From the NCBI RefSeq assembly GCF_006345805.1, contig NC_042999.1:56854001-56918000 (forward strand): a stretch of 64,000 bases of DNA. The letters run 5' to 3'. The translations under genes and the position numbers were made by a program. Positions within the stretch are counted from its first letter, which is position 1. Each line of letters begins with the position of its first letter. Positions 53,484 through 64,000 of the stretch are shown here, one piece after another. The notes beneath the pieces were generated by a model that worked only from the letters and a program-made list of their open reading frames with translations, was not told the DNA's origin and did no database searches. Origin of the DNA: Octopus sinensis (Eukaryota).

Positions 53484-55024
53484 GCACATATGGTTTTAGA
53501 TGATTTTTCACTTTAAATAAATCATCTTTAGAGATGTAATATGGTGTAATATTTATCATCATACTTGCTCTTCTTTCAGTCTCTTTCTCTCTTTCTCTAT
53601 CATTTTGGTTTTCACTTTCTCTCTTCTATTTAGCCTCTCAGTCATGCCTTCAATGTATAAAGACAACGTAGAAATAAACAAGACACTTCACTCAGTCTTA
53701 CACAGGGCAAGGTAATTTCTTTAGCGTTAGTATTAATGAGAAATGTATCTGATACACTCTATGAAATATATAATAAATGAAAGAGATAACATAAGGTAAA
53801 CAAACTCTAGTCTTGTTGATGATATGTCAAGTTCAGTAGTGCTGATAGCATATTAAAATGCACTCAGTGTCCCACATAAACTTGTTGGATTTATGGATGG
53901 CATCCTACCACAGAAACCATGTATAAAATGAATGCATGTGTGAGATGTTATTCTCTTACCTGTCCAACCCTTGACCTCATATCACAGTGATAAGGTTAAA
54001 TGAATGTTAGAGCTATGCCATCAAGGATTTCAAGTGCCTGGAAGAGCTATCCAAGGTGGACAGATCTGACACTGGCAGTGCTAGGGCTGCAACCTGGCTA
54101 ACTGGAGGACAATGGGGAATTCCAGGCAGCATCTGATGCAGAATCCAGCGGCTTCCTGGTGGTATTGAATCTCATCTACAGGCATCCTGCAGCAAGAAGC
54201 ATAACACAAGGACAACCTGCCATCGGTCATGTATGGAGGTTTATGAATACAGACGGGAACTGCTTCCACGGATGTTGATTGACCTGTAAAACTCCCATGA
54301 ACTCATAATAGGCTTAACCCCCTCTGGATGAATGCCATTACAAGTCAAGAAGAAGACTAGAATGGTAATTAACTCTAAATACGAACTGACTCAGATTGTG
54401 AAGACCTGTTCAACTTAAGCTGGCATGGGAAGGAGTTGATGACATAGCAGATTTGTAACTGATTCACCAAATTGCTGAGTTAAAGTCATGGCTTAGCCAT
54501 AACCAGTTCATGTGATTGGTTGATTAACTGACCAATCAGTATTGAGCCATCATGTGATGCTACCTTCTAGAATCTTTTAGAATGTCTCCTAATGAGGCTT
54601 ATAAATAGATGAGATTTTGTTCTAAATTTCAGAATATTGGAAATCACAGCCATGGAAACCATATTCTCATTTTTGAATACTCAACAGTTGTTTTAACACT
54701 TATTTTTCAACCAAGCTGACAGCAGTTATGGCTTTGCAGTCATGAATTCAGTATATTTATCCAGCTGTGACAGCATACTCACAGAGCCTTACTAACCAAC
54801 AGTTTTGTCATAACTACAGGATTGTCTTTACCAATTATTAATTGAAGACCAGCATGGAAAATTTATTGTGCAGTGAATAAAGATTCTGTTAATTGTTCAC
54901 AAGAGTTGTGCATCATTTATAAGCAGCCAGAGAACACCTCAACCACCAGAAACTCCATATATCATCCTTTGTGACTATGGTATGGATTTCATAATTTTAT
55001 GCATGAGTACACACATGCACGCAC

Positions 55025-55081
<57 letters not shown>

Positions 55082-56322
55082 TTTAGGGTAAATACTTGTA
55101 TGCTGAGGTTGCAGTTGTACTCCATTTCCTAAATAAGAGTTGCTGTCTCAACAAGCAGTGAACCCAACTTTGCTGGTATTGTAGCTCTTTCCTTCATGAG
55201 ACCAGAGCTGCCTGGACCCATTCACCAATGTAGGATACAAAACTCCCACACAACCAGCATGAACTTTGTTGAGTCAGATTTTGTGACTCTGGGCCAGATG
55301 TTTCTATCATCCTCATAGTTCATTCTTGCATCACACATCCTCTCTCAAGCATATATGTCTATATGCACACGGACACACAGACACACTCACACAGGTATAT
55401 AAAGAAAGATATTAATTAAGCATATTCATATAACTATGAGTGTGTATATGTATATATTTCTATGGTGTGTTTTTTAGAAAGCAGTAACCTTATCATATCT
55501 GACACAAAATACCCGAACTTTAGTTATTTCTAAATGTTTTGAAATTATCCAGAAACAAAACATAGAAACAATGTTGACCAAAGTGAAAGGTCATGAGTTG
55601 AAACTTTCTTAATTTGCACAGTGTAACTAAGAAACCAGTTAAAAACAAAACATATATACATATAAGCCAATGAAAATGCTCCAAGTGGTCACTCATTCTG
55701 CTAGAAATAATAATCAAATTTTTCTCAAATTGGCTTTTACTGTCCTTGCAAATGAATAAATAAATAAATAAATAAATGAATACAAGAAAGAATGCTGGAT
55801 AATATATTGGGTTGTCCGGAAAGTTTGTGCCGATTTATAGTAGCTTACCTGGACCATCAGATGTGATATGATTGGGATGGTGTGAATTCAGAGAAAAAAG
55901 AATTGTAACTTGATAACTGAGATTGCTCTTGGTAGATTTAAACCAAGGAAGACATGGAAAGGGCAGGGCGAAGTTAGATATGAAAATGCTGGAACTCACA
56001 GAAAGGAAGATATATACATGATTGAGACACATGAAGAGTTGCTGATTTCCTCAACAAATGAATGTTTGGAAAAATAGTTACTAAAAATAAAAGGGTGAAA
56101 AAGATGGAATGAGATCAAGCAGAATCTTTAGTATGGAGTCTGTCTAGGATACAGAAACATTGAAGATGAAGTAGGAAAGGAGACAGGTGTCTTAAGTGGG
56201 TTTAGTTGGGAGAGGAGCCAACTCCCCTGCTGTTTTTGTAAACATTGCTTGTTTTTGTAGCTAGAAGTTTTGGTCTGGAGATGGAAATCCATCTCTATTA
56301 ACTAAAATATAAATAGAATGGT

Positions 56323-56357
<35 letters not shown>

Positions 56358-56358
<1 letters not shown>

Positions 56359-56833
56359 ACTAAAGTGAACAAGGACACTAATCAGCACCAATATTGCTAG
56401 AAATAAGAGTCAAATCAACTCAATAGCAAACAAAAGCACTATTTTAATGAGCTGACAAGGTCCCTATGGTTGCAGATACAGTTAGATCAACAATGATCTT
56501 GTGTTCTGATGCTTAATGCATCTTAACACTCATCAATGGCTCGCACCGTGCCTAGGGTTAAACTCATCTCACCTTGTCAGCTTTCTGTTGAGATCATACA
56601 CTGATTTCAAAAATGGCAAAAGTGAAAATTATAAATGATATGGGTGGCTAATTCGCAATTTTACAACCTAAAAGCAAAAATATATACATCACTTAAAATA
56701 GAGCTTTTGTTGGCTATTGAGTTGTTTTGACTATTATTTCTAGCAATACTGGTGCTGGTTAGTGTCCTTGTTCACTTTAGTGATGTATATATTTTCGCCT
56801 TTAAGTTGTAAAATTGCGAATTAGCCACTCATA
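56358..56833. repeat. Interleaved inverted repeats (A...B A' B')
   Basis: 56358-56446 is inverse to 56694-56781; 56638-56693 is inverse to 56778-56833. Confidence 0.8.
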
Positions 56834-56902
56834 TATATATGCGTATGTATATCTGTCTGTCTATCTATCTATCTATCTATCTATCTATTTATCTATCTAT
56901 TC

Positions 56903-56934
<32 letters not shown>

Positions 56935-56942
56935 ATGTATAT

Positions 56943-57342
56943 AGGTGCAGAAGTGATAAGAAGCTTGCTTCCCCACCACACAGTTCCAGGTTCAGTCAAA
57001 CTGCATAGCACCTTCGGCAAGTGTCTTCTATTATAGCTTTGGGCTGACCAAAGCCTTGTGAGTGGATTTGGTAGATGGAAACTGAAAGAGGTGCATCATG
57101 TGTGTGTGTGTGTGTGTGTGTGCATGTGTGTGTGTATGTGTATGTTTGCGCATTTGTGTTTGGTCCCCACCATTGCTTGACAACTGCTGTTGGTGTGTTT
57201 ATATTCCCGTAACATAGCGGTTCGGCAAAAGAGATCGCTAGAATAAGTACTAGGCTTACAAAGAATAAGTCTAGGGGTTGATTTGTTTGACTAAAGGTGA
57301 TGCTCCAGCATGGCTGCAGTCAAATGACTGAAACAAATAAAA

Positions 57343-57391
<49 letters not shown>

Positions 57392-57985
57392 AATACATCT
57401 GAGATACAGATAGAGAAGAAAAGGAGAGAAAGAAATAGCAAGAGAAAGACACAGATAGATAGATAGATAGATAGATACATACATACATACATACATACAT
57501 ACATACATACATACATACATACATAGATGGATGGATGGATGGATGGTCAGAAAGCAGTGGGGAGAACATAGCAAAATGGTACGTGCTTAATTGTAAAATG
57601 TATTCTTTTCTTTTATTCTTTTACTTGTTTCAGTCATTTGACTGCAGCCATGCTGGAACACCACCTTTAGTCGAATCAAATTGACCCCAGAACTTATTCT
57701 GTGTAAGCCTAGTACTTATTCTATCGGTCTCTCTTGTCAAACTGCTAAGTTACAGGGACATAAACACACCAGCATCGGTTGTCAAGCGATGTTGGGGGTG
57801 ACAAAAACAGATACACAATATATACACACACATACATATATATACATATATACGACGGGCTTCTTTCAGTTTCCGTCTACCAAATCCACTCACAAGGCTT
57901 TGGTTGGCCCGAGGCTATAGTAGAAGACACTTGCCCAAGGTGCCACGCAGTGGGACTGAACCCGGAACCATCTGGTTGGTAAGCA
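56943..57985. mobile_element. Tail-to-tail pair of family-A SINEs (~56943-57343 plus; ~57607-57985 minus)
   Basis: Both copies are near full length and ~260 bp apart. Confidence 0.85.
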
Positions 57986-58429
57986 ATCTTGGGCCCCACC
58001 TGCAAGGTCATGCACTGCTAATCTTGGTATGAGATCACCATGTTGTGCACATATGGTTGTGATGCATATGCCTGGTGTATCCTTATCAGATGGGTAGTCA
58101 TGATGGGTATACTGGGCTTCATATATTTTACCCCAGTGTCACTTTTTTTTTTTTTTTGATAGCATGCACTGCTCTCTCACTCAATAATAATAATAATAAT
58201 AATAACAATAATAATTATCCTTTCTGCTATAGGCACAGGGCCTGAAATTTTTGGGGGAGACGAGCCAATTACACCGACCCAGTGCGTAACTGGTACTTAA
58301 TTTATTGATCCCGAAAGGATGAAAGGCAAAGTTTGACCTCAGTGGTATTTGAACTCAGAATGTAGCGGCCAGGCGAAATACCGCTTAAGCATTTTGCCCA
58401 TGTACTAATGATTCTGCCAGCTTGCTGCC

Positions 58430-58475
<46 letters not shown>

Positions 58476-58532
58476 TGATGATGATGATGACGACACTGAT
58501 GATGGTGAAGATGACACTGATGATAATGATGA

Positions 58533-58563
<31 letters not shown>

Positions 58564-59259
58564 GCTGACACTGATGATGGATGATAGGGATGATTAGGAT
58601 ATTAATGATGCCTAATGTAAGGCTATAATTTTTAACTGTAGCTTATCAGATTGATTTTATCTTGGTAGTTGACTGCTACATATTTTGTTGCTGCCCCCCA
58701 CCCCGCCCCACCTTTATCCATCCTAATGGATGAAAGATAAAGATGACCCAGGTAAAATTTGAATTCCAAATGTAAAACGGCTGTAATTAAGTCTAAGGTA
58801 TTTATAGTCTTGCACTCTACCATTTCCATCACCAATTTTTCCGTTTAATTGCTGAAATTTTTATCAGTTTTCCCGTTATTAAGCTGACAGCTCCCCATGG
58901 GATCTGCTAAAGTGGAGATAACTACTCCTTCCCTCTCCTTGACATCACTACAGCTAATCACTCACTGATTGATGATGTTTCTGATGAGGAAACTGCTCTA
59001 CTATTTGTCTCTGTTTAGCACACTAGTGTGAGATAAATAATTTATCAAATATAACAACATGCTTTGCCAAGAGGTTCAAGGAAGATAACATATTTAATAT
59101 AGTGTGGATGTGTGGAATGTATAAAGATGAGAGAGAAATTGCCACACAATACTGAACTGAGGCTGCAATTATACAACTTCAAATTTTTTTTTTCCTGTAT
59201 CAACATTGTAGGCACCACACAGCCATGCCTGTGTAGGCACAGGCGTGCCTGTGTAGGCA

Positions 59260-59479
59260 CAGGCCTGGCTGTGCAGTAAGAAGCTTGCTTTCCAACCACA
59301 TGGTTCTGGGTTCAGTCCCACTGCATGGCACCTTGTGAGTGTATTTGTTCACGCATGCGTGTGTGTGTGTGCGTGTGTGTGTGTGTGTATGCGCATGTGT
59401 GTGTGTATGTGTGTGCATGCGTGTGTGCGTGTGTGTGCGTGTGTGTGTGTGCGTGTGTGTGTGCGTGTGTGTGTGTGTG

Positions 59480-59512
<33 letters not shown>

Positions 59513-59630
59513 GTGTCTGTGTGTCTTTGTGTCTGTGTTCATTCCCTGCCACCCTTTGACAACTGGTGTTGGTGTGTGTTTGTGTCCCCATAACTTAGCA
59601 GTGCAGCAAAACAGATTGATAGAATAGGTA
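59260..59630 (+). mobile_element. SINE family A with expanded (GT)n
   Basis: Head and tail match the family. Confidence 0.7.
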
Positions 59631-61189
59631 CCACAATCATCATCATCATCATCATTGTTCAACGTCTACCTTTTGCAAACACTGTTAATGATAATCCCTT
59701 GTCTGAGAAACGAGCCACGTGAGAAAGGGTGTGAGTAGGTGTCTGTGTTTGTGTGAGTCTTCCACTAATGCTCAACAACTATGTCTCCATAACTTAATGG
59801 TTCAACTAAAAGAGACCAACAGAATAAGCACTAAACTTAAATAAGCATCAAACAGTGTCCCAGCATGGTTGCCATCCAATGACTCAAAGAAGCAAAAAGA
59901 TTTTTAAAAATAACAATTATATATCTAAGTGTGGTGGGTTGACTAAACCACTAGGATGTTAGACAAAATGCTAAATTATATTTTGCAGTATTTGTTCCAG
60001 GACTTGAATTTTCTGAATTCAAAACCTTCAGAGGTCAACTTTCTCTTACACCCTTGTGAAGTAAAAGGGTAAAGACCCCCTTTGGTCATGAATGACCATG
60101 AGATTGCACCTAGAAAGTTCCCGTCCTAGGCACAAGTCCAGGCAAGGTTGATTATGGAAGACCAGTAATTGCCATTGCATACCAGCCTCCCTTCTTTACA
60201 CCACTGATGTTATCCAAGGGAAAGGCAAAGGCTGATACAGCTTGGCACCAGTGACATAGCAACTGAAGCAACGTGAAATAAAATGTCTTAAAAGAACACA
60301 ACGCATAGCCCAGTCTGGGATTCAAACTCACTACCACATGATCATGAGCCCAATGCTCTAACCACTGAGCCATGCATCTTGTGAAGTAGTAGCATAGCTA
60401 AAGGGAGTGATGGTGGGAGTGGTCTGCCTCTGGTTATGCTTTTATGGAGGCAACATTTTTGGGTCTGTTGTATAAGCCTGTATATAGGGGCCTGGGTGAC
60501 AGTAGACTTTAAGGCTGGCCTGGGCTACACACTCTCTAGGTCTGCCTGGCCACTGTGCTGAAGCCAATGAAATAAAGTACTCTTCAGGCACTCTTTTGCT
60601 ATTTTGCAACTTATCCAAATAACAAGGTTTTTGAGAATTTGGGATTGTTGTCTGTGAAACAAGTAATATTTTGGCAAAACTAAATAATAGTGCTTGCAAA
60701 ATTAATAGAAAATTCCTGGCACACATACACACACCCACACAGAAGAGCTTCTGTCTAATAAGTCGAGCTAAGGCTAGAGATTATAGAAGAAGATCAAGGT
60801 GCCATGCAGTAATATAGAACTTGAAACCATATTGTTACAAACTATACTTTTCTATTCAGAAAGTCATGCTTAAAGCCTCTGTGTGTGTGTGTGTGTGTGC
60901 ATGCGTGTGTGTGTGTGTGCGTGTATAAGATGTAAACTTTACTAATGTTTAGTGGGGTTATCAGCTTCCAGTAGATAAGATAAAACTACTCTAGATCTTG
61001 TATTGAGTGCTCTCTTTTCTCCTTTCCTTATTACACTATTTCTTGTGGCAAAACTCCTGCATACTGATATATATGAGTATAAATATATATGCATGCATAT
61101 ATATGCTAGTACATGAACATGCATCTCTCTCTCTCTCTTTCCCTGTCCCTCTCTCTAAATATATATATATATATATATGGATGTGTAAT

Positions 61190-62301
61190 GTCAGTGTACA
61201 TGCACCTTGAGAGAAATGTTGTACCTAAGAAGCATCAGTTGTGGTGTGCAAGAGAGACGATTGCGCTGGTATGGTCATGTGGCGAGAATGGATGAAGATA
61301 GGTGTGTGAGAAAGTGCCAATCCCTGGCAGTTGAGGGAACCTGTGGAAGAGGTAGACCCAGGAAAACCTGGGACGAGGTGGTGAAGCACGACCATCGAAC
61401 TTTAGGCCTCACTGAGGAAATGACCAGAGACCGAGACCTTTGGAAATATTCTGTACGTGAGAAGACCAGGCAGGACAAGTGAGCCCAGCCCACTTATGAA
61501 TGCCTTTCCTCCCTTGGACAGAAAGACCGGTTGAGGCAAGCGAAGTCGATATAGAAACTCATCCGACGACAGACACCCATGCCAACCCCCCATGCTTGCG
61601 AAGACATGTTGGGGCAAGCGAAATCGAAATCGAAACCGAATTGAACCAGCCAGGATCCCTGGCCTGGTGGTACGTAAAAAGCACTATCCGACTCGTGGCC
61701 GTGGCACGTAAAATACTCCAATGCGACCGTACGACAGGCATCCATGCCAACCCCCTTTGCTTGTGAAGACATGTTGGGGCAAGCGAAATCGAAATCGAAT
61801 TGAACCAGCCAGGATCCCTGGTCTGGTGGTACGTAAAAAGCACTATCCGACTCGTGGCCGTGGCACGTAAAATACTCCAATGCGACCGTACGACAGGCAC
61901 CCATGCCAACCCCCTTTGCTTGTGAAGACATGTTGGGGCAAGCGAAATCGAAATCGAATTGAACCAGCCAGGATCCCTGGTCTGGTGGTACGTAAAAAGC
62001 ACTATCCGACTCGTGGCCGATGCCAGCACCGCCTCGACTGGCTTCCGTGCCGGTGGCACATAAAATACACCAATCTGACCGTGGCCGTTGCCAGCCCCGC
62101 CTGGCACCTGTGCAGGTGGCACGTAAAAAGCACCCACTACACTCACGGAGTGGTTGGCGTTAGGAAGGGCATCCAGCTGTAGAAACATTGCCAGATTAGA
62201 CTGGAGCCTGGTGCAGCCTTCTGGCTTCCCAGAACCCCGGTCAAACCGTCCAACCCATGCTAGCATGGAGAACGGACGTTAAACGACGATGATGATGATG
62301 A

Positions 62302-62303
<2 letters not shown>
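61190..62303 (+). mobile_element. RTE LINE 3' fragment with a variant 3'UTR holding three ~160-bp tandem units
   Basis: ORF 61207-61482 (RRLRWYGHVARM...GRGRPRKTW); ccatgccaacccc recurs at ~61577, 61742 and 61901. Confidence 0.88.
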
Positions 62304-62350
<47 letters not shown>

Positions 62351-62628
62351 CATACTTATATATATATCAGTTGGTAAAGAATAAATGATTACTGATTTTA
62401 CACTAAGCTGACACATTTGTATTATGAAACCATCCAAATACACACACACACACACACATACACAGGAACTCGAATGGTACATCAGTGTTCACAAGTGAGC
62501 CAACAGACTTGTCACAATATGGACTTTCAGAGTGAATGATGAGTCTCAGACTTGTAGGTGTCAATTTCAGTTTGCTAGTCAACCTAACTCAAGCTGGAAA
62601 TAGATGGATACATGGACATAAAGAGCAA

Positions 62629-62665
<37 letters not shown>

Positions 62666-62896
62666 TAATGATAATAGTGGTTTGAAATTTTGGCACAAGG
62701 TAAGCAGTTTTTGAGGGAAGGTGTAAGTCAATTACATTGACCCCAGTACTTGACTGCTAAATATTTTATTGATTCCAGGAAGATGAAAGGCAAACGTTAG
62801 CCTTAGTGGAATTTAAACTCAAGATGTAAGAATGGATAAAAAAACTGCTAAGCATTTTGTCTGGCATGCTAACAGTTCTGCCAGTTCACCACCTTA

Positions 62897-62948
<52 letters not shown>

Positions 62949-63779
62949 CCTTAACCAGTTGAGCATGTCTCTTAGTGGCTGACGATATGTACATCTCTAA
63001 TCCCAAGCAGAAGTAGTGGGGAAGCATCATAGCCATGTGCTGAGAGGAATTCTTTGGGGTTAGGATAATTCACCTTTGGAAACATGGGTGTGTCATTCAA
63101 CATCCTTAAACAACCTTTATTCGGGGTCATTTTAAGTGGGATGGGCTACACAACCTGAAGAAAATTCTAACTGGGTTTCACATCCAAGGTCATATACTTT
63201 TAATCTTGATATAAGATCACCATGTTGCGCACATATGGTTGCGATGCATGTGCCTGGTGTACCCTTATCAGATAGGTAGTCATGATGGGTATACTGGTCT
63301 TTGTATATTTTACCCCACTCAGTAATAATAATAATAATAGTCTGAAAAATTATGTTGTACACAGTAAAGAAAGAATACTATTGGCAGCCAATGATACCCA
63401 AAAAGTAACTGAAACAGTAGGAGAATTGAAACCAAAAAGGAAACAACAGAACCAACAAATGGAAAGAACCACATGACCATTTCATACAAGAAACCAAGAT
63501 GATTGGAATTAAAGATTGCTGGCTCTGGTTGATGGACATAAATTTTAAATGAGAGACAAAAATGCTAATTTTTATTGCTAAGGAACAAACCTTTAAAAAA
63601 AATTTGATAAAGACAAAGATCAATAAAAGTTATTCAGGTAGTTAATGTAGATAAAAGCATCAATCACCTTTTGACTGAGTGCAGTATACTAAGAGATAAA
63701 GAGTATAAGTGCAGACATGACTGTAGGCAACAGAGTGGATTAGGTCATTAGCTGGGTGTGTGGCTTCAAAACAACAGAA

Positions 63780-64000
63780 AAGTGGTATGAACATGAACCA
63801 GAGGCTGTGATAGAAAATGAGAGTTACAAGATCTTATGGGATTTCCCCATAAAGATTGACCATATTATTGAAGTGAGAAGACCAAATATGATTGTAGAGG
63901 ACAAAATAAACTAACAATGTAAGATCATAGATTTTGCATTTCGCTATGATACCAAAGAAATTGAAAAAATTGAGAAGAATCAGGATCTAGCCAGAGAGTT
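63780..64000 (+). mobile_element. R4-clade LINE restriction-like endonuclease fragment
   Basis: Reads KWYEHEPEAVIENESYKILWDFPIKIDHIIEVRRPNMIV...CKIIDFA...EKIEK, the RPD...IIDxA pattern of RLE LINEs. Confidence 0.8.

Noticed and set aside
53990-54700. GC-richer stretch resembling an ancient LINE
   Set aside because: No diagnostic RT or endonuclease motif could be read.
55835-56032. Minus ORF with a gtaag donor as a possible upstream NALF exon
   Set aside because: The phase is wrong, it lacks the expected cysteine pattern, and the donor lies in a lone mariner-like end (tattgggttgtccggaaag).
58968-58996. ctgatgaggaaac and similar core-like strings at 1680-1700 and 49690-49735
   Set aside because: No helix II or helix I is present.

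Overview
This is eukaryotic, AT-rich, microsatellite-dense DNA. The SINE/RTE repeat landscape resembles an octopod cephalopod (Octopus); this is an inference, not a database match. One host gene is detectable on the minus strand, a FAM155/NALF/Mid1-like NALCN auxiliary subunit. Its last two coding exons (51059-51224 and 10105-10457) are joined in frame across a ~40.6-kb GT-AG intron; upstream exons were not found in the window. The rest is mostly transposon debris: RTE, CR1-like and R4-like LINE fragments, an internally deleted Gypsy element, many tRNA-derived SINEs, a Mutator-like MITE, a Helitron-like element and several Penelope-like element (PLE) pieces. One PLE piece is a 1.1-kb head-to-head inverted duplication with an open GIY-YIG frame. 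The most unusual signal is a collection of type I hammerhead ribozyme (HHR) motifs from several unrelated repeat families inside the large intron. These include a canonical one (32225-32287), one with a ~85-nt extended stem II (35170-35285), one sense to the pre-mRNA (31522-31572), an inverted pair forming a 220-nt hairpin (15321-15542) and a decayed 339-bp tandem dimer reminiscent of retrozymes. All ribozyme calls were folded by eye and are untested. Most ORFs in the supplied track are microsatellite or repeat translation artefacts. Repeat boundaries are approximate unless termini are quoted.
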